Of a stretch of 64,000 nucleotides of DNA, positions 1 to 11,423 are shown in pieces; position 1 is the first letter of the stretch; each line of letters begins with the position of its first letter. A program made the position numbers and the translations under genes. Origin of the DNA: Atribacterota bacterium (GTDB lineage Bacteria; Atribacterota; Phoenicimicrobiia; Phoenicimicrobiales; Stramentimicrobiaceae); contig JAXGNR010000006.1 in assembly GCA_040767965.1 (NCBI GenBank), positions 155,178 to 219,177 of the forward strand. Reading direction: 5' to 3'. The notes under the pieces were generated by a model. It saw only the letters and a program-made list of their open reading frames with translations, did not search any database and was not told where the DNA came from.

Positions 1-1
1 A

Positions 2-502
2 GAAGTTTTAAACACTGTTAATAGTGAAATAACAAAATATCTGGTTTTGGTATTTCAAAAAGAATTAAGCCCTAAACAATCGAAAGAACTTACAGATCTT
101 ATGAATATATCTGCCCATTTTGAAAGAGTGGGTGATCATATCGAAAACATCGCTGACTTAGCTGAAATAAAAATCAATGATAAGCTACCTTTCAGCCAAA
201 AGGCCGAAAGAGATCTTGAATATATTTTTTCTAAAGTCAAAAAATCCCTGCAATATGTTATCAGATCATTAAAAGAACATAATAAAGAACTGGCAATACT
301 GGTCACAAAGAGAGAAGATGATATTGATAAATTGGAAGAAGGATTACGCGATGAACACATTGACCGACTTACCAAACAGATTTGCAATCCTGAAGCTGGT
401 GTAATATATATTGATATACTGAGTAATCTTGAGAGAATTGCGGACCATGCATATGATATAAGCTTAATGGTTATAGATGAATTGACAAAGCGTTCTGAAT
501 AG
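2..502 (+). CDS. Na/Pi cotransporter family protein, C-terminal PhoU domains (5'-partial)
   Basis: Frame is open from base 2 (EVLNTVNSEITKYLVLVFQK...), so the gene starts before the window. Two PhoU-like repeats, ERVGDHIENIA and LSNLERIADHA, plus EHIDRLTKQICNPEAG typical of Na/Pi cotransporter C-termini. Confidence 0.85.
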   Translation, partial: EVLNTVNSEITKYLVLVFQKELSPKQSKELTDLMNISAHFERVGDHIENIADLAEIKINDKLPFSQKAERDLEYIFSKVKKSLQYVIRSLKEHNKELAILVTKREDDIDKLEEGLRDEHIDRLTKQICNPEAGVIYIDILSNLERIADHAYDISLMVIDELTKRSE

Positions 503-537
503 ATGCAGTAAATTAATTTTATTTTTACTTTCATTTA

Positions 538-1431
538 TCACTTGCTAATATCTGTACTTTCCCAATACATTTTATTTTCTATAAATTTAAAATCAAGCAA
601 CTGGTTCTCATTTAAATAACTTATATGGGCAGATATACTGGTATTGATCAAAACATATTGTATGGCTGATAACTGTAAACGAAAATCTTCAACCAAGTTT
701 GCAATTATATCTTCCCTGGTTGCAGGTTTACTGCAATATTTTAATATTTTTTGATTGATTTCTTTTATTTGCCCTCTATTTACATCGATTAGATTATTCA
801 AATTGTCTGTTGGCTCAGCATGTGAAGGAATAAATAATTGCGCTTTTTCTTTTTCCAAAAAAGTATAGGTTTTTAAACTTTTTTCAATATTAGTTCTAAA
901 AGTTATCTTGTATTTACCAATAATTTCCTCTGAAAAAAGACTGTCAGCAATAAAAAATATATTGTCTGGTGTTTTTAGACCAATCATCTGTAAGAAATGC
1001 CCTTCTAAGGGAAAGCTCTTTAAAGGTGTACCTATAATTAATCCTTCTGGTTTAATAATTTTAGTAACATGAGATGGCTCGGCTTGTAAGAATTTGTTTT
1101 TTAAAGCTGGAAAAGGATATGCCCCCCATAACAGCAAAGGTTCTAAATAAGTAAACTGTATCCAATTAGCTTCTACAGAAGTAGCAAATATATCACACCC
1201 GGTCTTTTTTTGTAGATAAGCATTTCCTCCTATATGATCAGCATTGGAATGGGTGTTTATTATCTTAGATAATTTCCAGCTTTTCCCTTCAATTATTTTT
1301 AATATCTTTCTACCGGCAGAGCTATCGCTGCCACTGTCAATTAAAATAGCTTCATCTTTATCCACATATATTCCTATGTTGGTATGTCCAGACAGATAAT
1401 AGCTGTTTTTGGCAATCTGTTTTATCTCCAT
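538..1431 (-). CDS. MBL-fold metallo-hydrolase
   Basis: LIDSG, THSNADHIGG (HxxxDH variant), GH and PSH motifs; RBS AAGGA upstream. Confidence 0.9.
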   Translation of the reverse strand: MEIKQIAKNSYYLSGHTNIGIYVDKDEAILIDSGSDSSAGRKILKIIEGKSWKLSKIINTHSNADHIGGNAYLQKKTGCDIFATSVEANWIQFTYLEPLLLWGAYPFPALKNKFLQAEPSHVTKIIKPEGLIIGTPLKSFPLEGHFLQMIGLKTPDNIFFIADSLFSEEIIGKYKITFRTNIEKSLKTYTFLEKEKAQLFIPSHAEPTDNLNNLIDVNRGQIKEINQKILKYCSKPATREDIIANLVEDFRLQLSAIQYVLINTSISAHISYLNENQLLDFKFIENKMYWESTDISK

Positions 1432-1672
1432 TAAAATCCTTCCTTTTTAACCCTGAAGTGGTGTTTAAATAAATATTAGTTTATAATCTACAGCTTGTAC
1501 AGTTTTGCTTTAAAAATTTAATTCATTCTTATTTTGTAAGTTTTGCAAATATTTTAATAAAAATAAAGTAAATTAATATAATTGTATTTTTATAACCCTT
1601 AGTGGAAAGAATTTTAAACAAACTTGACTAATCTGGTATTATAAAAATGAATTAATCTAATTGAGGTTTATT

Positions 1673-2542
1673 ATGAATAAATTATCTAAACGCTTATTTT
1701 TTAGTCTTGCTGCAACTTTTTCTTTATCTCTTTCGATCTTATTTAAAAAAATGGCTTTATTGGCCGATGTTCAACCTTTGGAATTATTATTACAATTCAC
1801 AATTATAACTGCCCTTCTTTTATCTATTAATCTGCTTTTTATTCAAAAAAAGGATGTAACAAAATTAAATAAAATCAAAATTTTTCAATGGATTTCTTTA
1901 TTTCTTGCCGGCTCATCTTTGTTAGCAGCGTTTTTATTTACAACTTTTGGTTTAAATTTTACTACCTCAATTAATTACAGTTTTATTACTAGAAGTAATT
2001 TGATTTTTACCAGTATTTTTGCCTTTTTTTTCTTAAAAGAAAAAATGGGTTTTAAAAAAATACTATTGATAATTAGCTTCTTTGTTGGTATTTATCTTGT
2101 TACTACCAAAGGAAAAACTATTATTCCTCAATTTGGTGACTTATTAATACTAATTGGTGCAACCTTCTTTTCTTCATGTTCTGTAATTCAGAAAAAAATT
2201 AGCTTTTCTCTTCCTCCAGAGGTGATCAGCTGGGGCGTAACTTTGTCTGCCGCAATGCTGGCAATTTTAGTTGCAATCTTGTTAAAAATAAACTTGTTTC
2301 CTTCCAATAGCTTTATTTTCATATTTCTTGTGGGTTTAGCAGAAGCCTCGATTATTTTTTTCATGAATAAAACCATCCAAATAGCTAATGTAACATATTA
2401 TGCCATGATGACTATGCTTGTTCCTATAATCAATGGAATTTTAGGTATCTTTTTCTTAAATGAACAATTAACAACTATTCAAATTATTGGTGGTACTATT
2501 ATAATTCTATGTGGAATATTTGTACAGAAACTAAAATATTAA
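1673..2542 (+). CDS. DMT/EamA family transporter
   Basis: About 10 hydrophobic segments in two EamA repeats (FFFLKEK, GDLLILIG, FFLNEQLT). ATG at 1673 follows GAGG at 1663, preferred over the TTG at 1661. Confidence 0.85.
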   Translation: MNKLSKRLFFSLAATFSLSLSILFKKMALLADVQPLELLLQFTIITALLLSINLLFIQKKDVTKLNKIKIFQWISLFLAGSSLLAAFLFTTFGLNFTTSINYSFITRSNLIFTSIFAFFFLKEKMGFKKILLIISFFVGIYLVTTKGKTIIPQFGDLLILIGATFFSSCSVIQKKISFSLPPEVISWGVTLSAAMLAILVAILLKINLFPSNSFIFIFLVGLAEASIIFFMNKTIQIANVTYYAMMTMLVPIINGILGIFFLNEQLTTIQIIGGTIIILCGIFVQKLKY

Positions 2543-2557
2543 ACACCTTTTTGCTTT

Positions 2558-3019
2558 TTATTTTTTGTTCCCTCTTAAATCAATTTTTAACTGTTCCAGG
2601 TAAAAATCTAATATTAATTTATAAGCAATCTTGGGATCATCAATACCGTTAGTTAATTTTTCCATTGGGCATTTATCACTGTTATCTCTATTTTTTATAT
2701 ATGGCACACATTTATTGTAGTTACATTCAATATTATGGGATAGCAAAAGATCTTTGGCTCTTTCGCTAATGACACCAGCATAAATCGCTTTAATTTGGTT
2801 ATCAAATGCCAGTAAAGCCGCAGCATTACCTATTACTTTATCCGCAATAACTGCTCCTTTCATTAAACCTTGATTATCACGAATCATTTCCATGAAAGGA
2901 ATAACTCCCCTTTTAAATGATTTTTTTATAATTTCACCATTTTTAATTAGAACAAACGAATAACCATTTTTTAATAAAGCGGTTTTTGCTTTCTCTAAAT
3001 CATTTATATAGTCTTCCAT
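2558..3019 (-). CDS. DUF1893 (TM1506-like) domain protein
   Basis: ADKVIGNAAA, VISERA and IKNRDNSDKCPMEK motifs characteristic of DUF1893. Confidence 0.8.
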   Translation of the reverse strand: MEDYINDLEKAKTALLKNGYSFVLIKNGEIIKKSFKRGVIPFMEMIRDNQGLMKGAVIADKVIGNAAALLAFDNQIKAIYAGVISERAKDLLLSHNIECNYNKCVPYIKNRDNSDKCPMEKLTNGIDDPKIAYKLILDFYLEQLKIDLRGNKK

Positions 3020-3320
3020 GTCACCTTAATATCCTTTTTATATATACTTTTCTATTAAAACAGTTCAATTTACTATTAATAATGCTAATAAGCAATATTT
3101 TATTCTTTTATTTAGTTTAATTATCAAATAATAATATCCAGTTAAATTTAAAACATTTGGTATAATATCATTTTATTTATATAATATTAAAGGTGTAATT
3201 TAAATCAAAGTGCAAGCATGACTCGAAATTAGTACAAATTATACCTATTATAAATTATTTTATCAAATTAAAATTATCATTTAATTCTCTCAACTTTAGT
3301 TAAAACAATAAATAATCATA

Positions 3321-3329
3321 TGCTATAAT
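3321..3329 (+). promoter_or_regulatory. extended -10 promoter candidate for the tamB-like gene
   Basis: TGcTATAAT about 80 nt upstream of the GTG at 3409. Confidence 0.45.
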
Positions 3330-3408
3330 TATTGAGAAAATTTATAAAACAGTTGTTTTATATTATTAGTTTTAATTGATTCTGCATAAACTTTGAGAAA
3401 GCAAATAG

Positions 3409-6400
3409 GTGACATTCTTGGCAAAAGTTAAAAGAAAAAATAAATTTATCTTTGTTTTATCTATTACAGCAATTATTTTAATTGTATCAGCTTTAAGCAC
3501 TTTTTTAATTTACATAAACAGCAGTGCTTTTCGTGAAAATGCTAAAAATATCATTACAGCACAGATTGAAAATAGTTTTGGTAATAAAATTGAAATTGGC
3601 GCTATTGAGTATATTTCCTTTAGAACAATCAGATTAAATGACTTTAAAATATTTGAAGAGGATGCTACAGAAAAAGAATCTATTTTATTCCAGGCCAGAA
3701 ATGTAAAAGCTGAATTCACTTTATTATTGCCAATTTTAAGGTGGCAGGGATGGCAACTTTCTATTAAAAATATTACTTTTGATAATGCAACTACTACCTT
3801 CACCCGATTATTGAATGGTGATTTTGATATAGTAGAAAAGTTACATATAAATCCAGAACTGCTTCAAGAAAATATTCAGATTGGCAGAATATATTTTCAG
3901 GATAGCAAATTAACATATCATGATGAATTAATTTACAATTACAAATCAGACTATCTAACTACAAAAGCTGAAAAGATTAATGGTTATTTTGATTTATCAC
4001 AACTACCAAAAATAAACATAGAATTTGCAGGGTACCAGGAAGAAGATAATGCTTATTTGTCTTTACAGGGATATTTTTCAGTACTGCAACCCGAATATTC
4101 TTTAGACTTTTATCTGGAAAATGCAGAAATAACTCATTTCCAATATTATCTTGAAATAGCAGAGATCTTCAATGTTAACAGAGGTAAGTTCAATATAAAT
4201 TTTAATTTAAGCAATCTTGAAAGTGATCCTTCTGCAGAGATTGACTGGAAAGGAGAGGCAACATTTCAGGAGGCTGAATTGAGTCCACATTTTATGCATC
4301 AAATTCCTTTTCAAAAAGTTAACGGTTCCATCAGATTTGTAAAACCTCAAATTAATATCGACAGATTAGATGGCTTATATCGTGATGAGAGCATCCAGCT
4401 AACAGGTTTTGTTCTTACAGAACCAGAAGTATTTTTTGACCTTCGTGTTGACGGTAAGGAAATTGATGCTACTTTATTAAAAAATGATTTAACTCCATTC
4501 TTGCCTGAGTATAACGATTTTTCATTGAAAGGAAAAATAGATATATCAGCTAACTTAAAGGGAAATCCTGAAGATTTCCAGATAAAAGGACAGGCAAACT
4601 CGGATGATATTATTTTTGAAAAAATCCTTCTCCCAAATATTGATTGTTCTTTTTTATTACACCAGGATAAATTGCTTATAGATTATCTAAAAATTACCGA
4701 AAAAGAATCCTCATTAACCCTAGAAGGTGAAATTAATGAACTTAATAGTATTCCCTTATATGAACTATCTTTAAATACAAAGAATTTTTCTTTGCAAAAT
4801 TCAATCTTCAGCCAATTATCTTTTTTAGATCTAAAAAAAATTACAGGCAAAATCGACAGTTTGTTACAAATTAAAAATTATAGCCAGGATAATTCTGATA
4901 CATACATTTCTGGTTCTTTTACTATTAATTCTTTTCAGAATAAAGATTTTTTTTCTTTTAATAAATTACAAGGCAATATTAACACAGTTTTGAATTCAAC
5001 TAAAAAAATACTTGCAATTCAACAAGGTGAGATAGTAGAAGATGATAATAAACTTAAATTTGAAGGCGAAATAAATTTTCAGAATTCAGAGTCAATGAGT
5101 TATTCGCTTGATTTTTATGGATATTTACCAGAGCTAAATGATTTTTCCAAATATCTGGGATTTGAAACAAATATTAAGGGGAATGCTAACATAAATGGGG
5201 TTTTACAAAGTGTTAATAATGAACCTGAATTAAAAGCCACCTTTGATGTAGAAAATTTTTCTATTCAGGAATTAACATTTAATATCTTTTCTGGGAAGAT
5301 CTTCTATCAAGAAAATGCTTTCATATTTGATTCTTTATTTTTAGAAAATCAAAAAATTCAACTTAATGCAGATGGGCAAATCCTTTTAAGTGACTCAAAA
5401 AACCCAGAATTTAAATTCACTTATAATTTTCCGTCTATGAATATCACTTCCATAACAGAGCAAATCTCTAGTGAACTGCCTTTGTCTGGAGAAATAGAAG
5501 GTAACGGCAGCATATCAGGAATTTGGCCGCAATTATCATTGGAAGGATATTTGCAATTAAGCAATATTGCCCTACAAGAATATAAATTGGGACAGGGAAA
5601 TTTAAATTTCACTTTACAACCTGAAGATAATTTACAAGTCAACAAGGAAAGTGTTGATAATTATTACCTCTTGTTGGTTAAAGATTTAAAATTACAAAAT
5701 GATTTATTACAACTAAATGCAAAAGGACAATCAAAAGTCACTGAAGAATTTCCCTTTTCTTTGGAAATAGATTTTATTCATGGTCATTTATATGATGCAG
5801 CTGATTATTTTTATCTTAATAATCAATACTATAAATCATTTTTACCCTCAAAAACAGTTGGAAAAATTATTTTGAATGGAGATATTGACAGTCAGCAAAT
5901 AGATTTATCGGCAAAGCTTACTCCGCAAGAAATGGAAAATAATCCTCCTTCTCAGCTAGAATTAACAATCACAAACATGGATGACGAATTGCTAATTTCA
6001 AATTTTAAGTTAACACAAAGCGAAGGAATTCTAGAAGCAAAAGGCAGTATCCAGTTAGAACAAAAATTGCTTGATATTAATTTTCAGACGCAAAAATTAG
6101 ATATTAGTACTTTATCTGCTCTGCTAAATATTGATGAAAAAATAGAAGGCATTATGAATATCAAAGGATCCTGCTCAGGAGCTATTAGTGATCCTGATAT
6201 TTCCTTATATGCCCAGATCAATCAAGGTTTTTTCAGAAATTTTCAATTTGATAACCTGCAAAGTGAAATGTATTGGGATGGTAATACTAATGAACTGAAG
6301 ATAAAAGATTTCCTGATCTTTCTGGAAAAAGACTACAAAATTACGGCAAAAGGCAATTTGCCATTAGACACTTTTCTTTCTGAGAGTTTACCGGAAAAAC

Positions 6401-7758
6401 AACCAGACTTATCTTACCAGCAAATTCCTTTAGATTTTCAGATTAATATGGAAAAAACAAATCTTAATTTATTAAGCCTTTTTTTCGTAGACTGCTTTTC
6501 TGCTATTGGCGGCAATGTAGATGTTGAATTAAAATTATCTGGAACTAATGCCAATCCTATTATTAACGGAAATATTGATGTTCTGGAAGGTAGTTTTGAC
6601 CTGATTCATTTCCCAATCCAGGCAAAAAATATAAATTCTCATCTTGAAATAAAAAATAATAAGATTGAAATTCCCAGTACACCCTTTATAGCTTATGATA
6701 ACCAGTTTACTATATTTGGTAAATTGGAATTAATTAACTTTTTACCGGAAAATATTGATTTAACCATGCAAAATCAAAATGATACCTTGTTTTATCAAGA
6801 TATCCTAGAAAGTAAAATTGATTTTTCAGCAGCGTTAAATGGTAATTTTTTGCAACCATGCATTATTGGAAATATAAAAATTTCCGATGGAGAAATAAAT
6901 TTGACTCCACTGATGCAGCTTTATGAAAATGACAATAGAATTCCTTCGCCTCTCCCAAACTATTATGATGATTCACAAAAATATCTAGACATGAACATAG
7001 AAATCTCTGACCATTTTTCTTTAAAATTGCCAAACGCTGATATAAATGCTGCTGGTAATATTAATTTAAGCGGGTCTTTGAAAGAACCGACAATACAGGG
7101 TAGTTTAATTTTAAAAGAAGGACATCTTTATTATTTTGAGAATAAATTCACTATTTCTGGAGGAAGAATAATTTTAAACGGCTCAGCAATTGACGATATT
7201 AATATTGACGCTAGAGCTCAAACCACTGTACAGGATTATTCTATTACAATCAATATTTCAGGAAACCTGACTAACCCTCAAGTTATGTTATCATCGCAAC
7301 CAGCTTTAAAGGAAACTGAAATATTATCCCTGCTTGCTTTTAACAGAAACATAGAAGGACTTTCAGAAGGTGAGATAAATCAAATATTGTCACAAGAAAT
7401 AGTTGATATTATCTTTCAAAGTTTACAAATTAATCTATTTAAAAGGATGGAACGTGGATTGGCTGAAGGTCTGGGTTTAGAATTTTTTAGGCTCTCATAT
7501 GATTTGCCAGAAAACACTAATGGCAGTTTGTTTTTCCTGGATGATTTAAGCCTTGGTGATTTAAAGCTAGAAGTAGGAAAAAACATCAATGAAGATCTTT
7601 TGATTACTTATTCTACTCCATTAGATTTTCATGGTGAAACTAGTTTTGGTATTAATTATGAAATTTCTCCTAAATTCACTTTTAATTCACAATTAGATAC
7701 TTTTTCTTTTAAAGAAAATGATTATCGGTTTAAATTTGGATTAGAGGTAAAATTTTAA
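3409..7758 (+). CDS. tamB: TamB/AsmA-like envelope protein with C-terminal TamB (DUF490) domain
   Basis: 1449 aa, single N-terminal TM helix, long beta-strand-rich body, C-terminal NISGNLTNPQVMLSSQPALKETEILSLL motif, ends ...FGLEVKF. Confidence 0.8.
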   Translation: MTFLAKVKRKNKFIFVLSITAIILIVSALSTFLIYINSSAFRENAKNIITAQIENSFGNKIEIGAIEYISFRTIRLNDFKIFEEDATEKESILFQARNVKAEFTLLLPILRWQGWQLSIKNITFDNATTTFTRLLNGDFDIVEKLHINPELLQENIQIGRIYFQDSKLTYHDELIYNYKSDYLTTKAEKINGYFDLSQLPKINIEFAGYQEEDNAYLSLQGYFSVLQPEYSLDFYLENAEITHFQYYLEIAEIFNVNRGKFNINFNLSNLESDPSAEIDWKGEATFQEAELSPHFMHQIPFQKVNGSIRFVKPQINIDRLDGLYRDESIQLTGFVLTEPEVFFDLRVDGKEIDATLLKNDLTPFLPEYNDFSLKGKIDISANLKGNPEDFQIKGQANSDDIIFEKILLPNIDCSFLLHQDKLLIDYLKITEKESSLTLEGEINELNSIPLYELSLNTKNFSLQNSIFSQLSFLDLKKITGKIDSLLQIKNYSQDNSDTYISGSFTINSFQNKDFFSFNKLQGNINTVLNSTKKILAIQQGEIVEDDNKLKFEGEINFQNSESMSYSLDFYGYLPELNDFSKYLGFETNIKGNANINGVLQSVNNEPELKATFDVENFSIQELTFNIFSGKIFYQENAFIFDSLFLENQKIQLNADGQILLSDSKNPEFKFTYNFPSMNITSITEQISSELPLSGEIEGNGSISGIWPQLSLEGYLQLSNIALQEYKLGQGNLNFTLQPEDNLQVNKESVDNYYLLLVKDLKLQNDLLQLNAKGQSKVTEEFPFSLEIDFIHGHLYDAADYFYLNNQYYKSFLPSKTVGKIILNGDIDSQQIDLSAKLTPQEMENNPPSQLELTITNMDDELLISNFKLTQSEGILEAKGSIQLEQKLLDINFQTQKLDISTLSALLNIDEKIEGIMNIKGSCSGAISDPDISLYAQINQGFFRNFQFDNLQSEMYWDGNTNELKIKDFLIFLEKDYKITAKGNLPLDTFLSESLPEKQPDLSYQQIPLDFQINMEKTNLNLLSLFFVDCFSAIGGNVDVELKLSGTNANPIINGNIDVLEGSFDLIHFPIQAKNINSHLEIKNNKIEIPSTPFIAYDNQFTIFGKLELINFLPENIDLTMQNQNDTLFYQDILESKIDFSAALNGNFLQPCIIGNIKISDGEINLTPLMQLYENDNRIPSPLPNYYDDSQKYLDMNIEISDHFSLKLPNADINAAGNINLSGSLKEPTIQGSLILKEGHLYYFENKFTISGGRIILNGSAIDDINIDARAQTTVQDYSITINISGNLTNPQVMLSSQPALKETEILSLLAFNRNIEGLSEGEINQILSQEIVDIIFQSLQINLFKRMERGLAEGLGLEFFRLSYDLPENTNGSLFFLDDLSLGDLKLEVGKNINEDLLITYSTPLDFHGETSFGINYEISPKFTFNSQLDTFSFKENDYRFKFGLEVKF

Positions 7759-7814
7759 CTATCACGGATTTCAAATTAATAATATTATACCATTAAAATG
7801 AAAAGAGCTAATTT

Positions 7815-8489
7815 ATGTTTGATGTACAGCATTCCTTAAGCAAAAATATTTTATTTAAAGAATTTACCAAAATAGAAATCAACCAATTTCTGGTTTATTC
7901 TAACTATAAAACTATTGATTATCAGAAAAATCAAGTTGTTGCCTTAGAAGGAGATCCTCTAACAATGATTGGCCTGGTGCTTGCTGGAACATTAGAAATT
8001 CAAAAGCATTACTCTTCAGGAAAAAAAGTTATTATAGATAAAATTTCTACAGGAGATATCTTTGGGGAAGTTTCTATATTTTCCTCTAAAAATATTTTTC
8101 CTTCAACAATCACTTCAATAACTGATTCCAGGATAATGTTTGTTAAAAAAAATTATTTTGTGAAAATGTGTTACAAAAATAAAAAATTTTTACAAAATTT
8201 ATTACAATCTTTATCTGAAAAAATATTATTATTAGATAATCGTTTACGTTTTTTAGCAAGTGAAAGCATCAGACAAAAAATAAGTCTTTATCTTTTGGAA
8301 GAATATAGGAAAAATAATACTTTAAGAATCAGAATTGATATTTCAAGAGAAAAAATGGCAGAACAATTTGGCATAACCAGACCTTCTTTATCAAGGGAGA
8401 TAAGCAGAATGAAAAAAGAGGGAATTATTCAAGTTGACAAAAATGTTATTCTAATTAAAAATCTATCTTGTCTTGAAATAAACTTATAA
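7815..8489 (+). CDS. hcpR: Crp/Fnr family transcriptional regulator, HcpR-like
   Basis: cNMP-type sensor domain (GDIFGE), HTH SREKMAEQFGITRPSLSRE; adjacent to hcp. Confidence 0.8.
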   Translation: MFDVQHSLSKNILFKEFTKIEINQFLVYSNYKTIDYQKNQVVALEGDPLTMIGLVLAGTLEIQKHYSSGKKVIIDKISTGDIFGEVSIFSSKNIFPSTITSITDSRIMFVKKNYFVKMCYKNKKFLQNLLQSLSEKILLLDNRLRFLASESIRQKISLYLLEEYRKNNTLRIRIDISREKMAEQFGITRPSLSREISRMKKEGIIQVDKNVILIKNLSCLEINL

Positions 8490-8540
8490 ACAATAAAATC
8501 CAGCAAACTGTTTAAAAAATTACTGGATTTTATTGTTTAT
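8486..8540. terminator. bidirectional terminator-like inverted repeat between convergent hcpR and hcp
   Basis: ATAAACAATAAAATCCAG (8486-8503) and CTGGATTTTATTGTTTAT (8523-8540), perfect 18-bp arms, T-run after. Confidence 0.7.
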
Positions 8541-8578
8541 TTTTTTATTTATGCCTGTGTCAATAGGTAGTTGTAATT

Positions 8579-10231
8579 TTATTCAAGGAACATTTTTAAA
8601 TCTTCCTCTACATCTCCAATGCCACCAATATTGAATTTTTCAACCAAAACATTTGTTACATTGGGAGATAAAAATCCTGGTAATGTGGGACCTAAATGAA
8701 TATTTTTTACCCCTAAGTACAGTAAAGCCAATAGTACAATTACTGCTTTTTGTTCATACCAGGCAATGTTATAAGAAATTGGCAACTGATTAATGTCTTC
8801 CAATCCTAAAACTTCTTTTAATTTTAAGGCAATAACCGCTAATGAATAAGAGTCATTGCATTGTCCTGCGTCTAAGACCCTTGGAATACCTCCAATATCA
8901 CCTAAACCTAATTTATTATAACGATATTTTGCACAACCAGCAGTAAGAATTACTGTATCGGCTGGTAATTTTTCTGCGAATTCAGTATAATAATTTCGGC
9001 TTTTCATTCTACCATCACAACCAGCCATCACAAAAAATCTTTTAATTGCACCATTTTGTACTGCCTCAATTACTTTGTCAGCCAAAGAAATAATTTGATT
9101 ATGGGCAAAGCCACCAATAATTTCACCTTTTTCAATTTCTTCAGGTGGAGGGCATTGTTTAGCCATCTCTATTATTTCAGAGAAGTCTTTTTGCTGTCCA
9201 TCTTTTCGTTCAGCAATGTAAGTCATTCCAGGATAACCAACAGTTCCAGTATTAAATACACGATTCTTGTAACTATCTCTAGGTGGAATGATACAATTAG
9301 AAGTCATAAGTATAGGACCATTGAACTTTTCAAATTCTTCGTTCTGCTTCCACCAGGCATTCCCATAATTTCCTATAAAATGACTATATTTCTTAAAAGC
9401 AGGATAATAGTTTGCCGGTAACATTTCCCCATGTGTGTAAACATCAACTCCCGTATCTTTGGTCTGTTCTAAAAGTTCCTCCATATCTTTTAAATCATGT
9501 CCACTTATTAATATTCCAGGATTATTCCGGACTCCAATATTAACCTTGCTTATCTCAGGATGTCCATATGTTTCAGTATTTGCTTTATCAAGCAAGGCCA
9601 TGGCTTCAACACCATATTGTCCACATTCCATTACCAGACTAACCAAATCATCTGCAGTAAGTGAATCATCCAGAGTTGCAGCTAATCCTTTTTGCATAAA
9701 AGCATATATTTCTTTATTTTCATAACCTAAATTAAAGGCATGTTCTGTATATGCAGCCATTCCTTTTATTCCATAGATCACTAATTCTCTTAAAGAACGA
9801 ACATCTTCATTCTCGGTTGCTAATACCCCAACTTCTGATGACTCTGCCTTTCTTTTAAAATCTTCCACTTGATTTGCTTTCCAGGTAGCACAATCTGGCA
9901 AATTTTCAGGAATATTGCCCCCGGCATTCAGTAGTTGTTTTTTGATGCTGTCTCTAACCTGAAAGCCTTCTTCTATTTTTTTAATAAAATCATCTTCATC
10001 AAAATTGGCATTGGTAATAGTCATAAATAATGAATCAATTATAAATTTGTTAGTATGTTTATCCTCAATTCCTGATTTACGTGCCCTATTGCTGTAAATT
10101 GAAATGCCTTTACAAATGTATATTAATAGATCTTGCATATTTGCAACATTAGCTTCTTTGCCACAAACACCTCTTTTTGTACATCCACTTCCTTTTGCTG
10201 TTTCTTGACACTGAAAACAAAACATATCCAT
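8579..10231 (-). CDS. hcp: hydroxylamine reductase (hybrid cluster protein)
   Basis: [23 protein letters not shown] cubane motif, [32 protein letters not shown]. Confidence 0.97.
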   Translation of the reverse strand: MDMFCFQCQETAKGSGCTKRGVCGKEANVANMQDLLIYICKGISIYSNRARKSGIEDKHTNKFIIDSLFMTITNANFDEDDFIKKIEEGFQVRDSIKKQLLNAGGNIPENLPDCATWKANQVEDFKRKAESSEVGVLATENEDVRSLRELVIYGIKGMAAYTEHAFNLGYENKEIYAFMQKGLAATLDDSLTADDLVSLVMECGQYGVEAMALLDKANTETYGHPEISKVNIGVRNNPGILISGHDLKDMEELLEQTKDTGVDVYTHGEMLPANYYPAFKKYSHFIGNYGNAWWKQNEEFEKFNGPILMTSNCIIPPRDSYKNRVFNTGTVGYPGMTYIAERKDGQQKDFSEIIEMAKQCPPPEEIEKGEIIGGFAHNQIISLADKVIEAVQNGAIKRFFVMAGCDGRMKSRNYYTEFAEKLPADTVILTAGCAKYRYNKLGLGDIGGIPRVLDAGQCNDSYSLAVIALKLKEVLGLEDINQLPISYNIAWYEQKAVIVLLALLYLGVKNIHLGPTLPGFLSPNVTNVLVEKFNIGGIGDVEEDLKMFLE

Positions 10232-10331
10232 TTTCTTTACCTCCGTGAAAAGTATTTTTATATTAATCTCATTCTAGAATAAGATTCTGTTTATCTACTT
10301 TTTATTTCTTTATTATATATTAACTAAAAAC

Positions 10332-10363
10332 TAAAATTATGTAACTCAAGTTACATAATTTTA
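10332..10363. promoter_or_regulatory. HcpR2-type operator upstream of hcp
   Basis: Perfect 15-bp inverted repeat TAAAATTATGTAACT-ca-AGTTACATAATTTTA with core GTAAC-N4-GTTAC, about 100 nt upstream of hcp. Confidence 0.75.
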
Positions 10364-10566
10364 ACATAAATGTATTTAATTTCCTCAAAGATTTAAATGA
10401 CCATCTTTTTATTTTAGTATTATTTTAACAAAATTATCTATTATTAACTATTGTTTTTGCAAAACATATCTTAATTATGTATACTATTTTTAAAATAACT
10501 TTTTAATGCCATTAAGGTATCATAAATTCAATAGTTGTCTAAATTAATTTAAAGAGGTGATTTATT

Positions 10567-11391
10567 TTGGAAACTGTTTTGCTGAATAATGATAAAAACA
10601 TTCCAGTCCTTGGATTAGGAACATGGAAACTATCTGGCCCTGAAACAATTGATATTATAAAAGAAGCCTTAAAAATAGGTTATAATCATATTGATACTGC
10701 CGAAATGTATGGAAATGAAAAAGAAATTGGCCTTGCTATCCAAAATACACCAAGAGAAAAACTTTTTATCACCTCAAAGGTATGGCATACCAATCTTCAT
10801 TATGAAGATACTCTCAAAGCCTGCAAACAATCTTTAGAAAAATTGAAAACAGAATACCTGGACCTTTATCTTATTCACTGGCCTAATCCGGGTATCGATA
10901 TGGAAGAAACTTTCAGTGCCTTTAAAGAACTCTACCTGAATAGAAAAGTAATGGCGGTTGGTGTAAGTAATTTTACCATTAGACATCTTCAGCATGCTCT
11001 ATCTGTTTGCGAAAAATTATCATTACCAATAACAATAAATCAGGTAGAATTTCATCCCTTATTCTATCAAGAATCATTGTTAAGATATTGTCACTCTAAT
11101 AATATAAATATAACTGCCTTTTGCCCTCTTGCCAGAGGCTTGACTCTTACCGATCCTGTTATACAGGAACTTGCTTTAAAATATAAGAAAACTCCTGCCC
11201 AAATTACCTTAAAATGGCTTACTCAACAAAAAATCATTGCAATTCCCAAAGCAAGCTCAAAAAATCACCTGATTGAAAATATTGATATTTTCAATTTTAA
11301 ACTTGAAGAAACTGATCTGAATAGGATAAAAAAAGAAGTAAATCAAAACAAAAGAACTGTCAGAATTGATATAGCAGATTTTGATGATTGA
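10567..11391 (+). CDS. aldo/keto reductase (DkgA/B-like)
   Basis: LGLGTW, DTAEMY, TSKVW, DLYLIHWP, GVSNF, NQVEFHP, IPKAS; GAGGTG RBS with TTG start. Confidence 0.95.
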   Translation: METVLLNNDKNIPVLGLGTWKLSGPETIDIIKEALKIGYNHIDTAEMYGNEKEIGLAIQNTPREKLFITSKVWHTNLHYEDTLKACKQSLEKLKTEYLDLYLIHWPNPGIDMEETFSAFKELYLNRKVMAVGVSNFTIRHLQHALSVCEKLSLPITINQVEFHPLFYQESLLRYCHSNNINITAFCPLARGLTLTDPVIQELALKYKKTPAQITLKWLTQQKIIAIPKASSKNHLIENIDIFNFKLEETDLNRIKKEVNQNKRTVRIDIADFDD

Positions 11392-11423
11392 TAATTCTCA
11401 AAACCATACTATCAGATTTGAAA

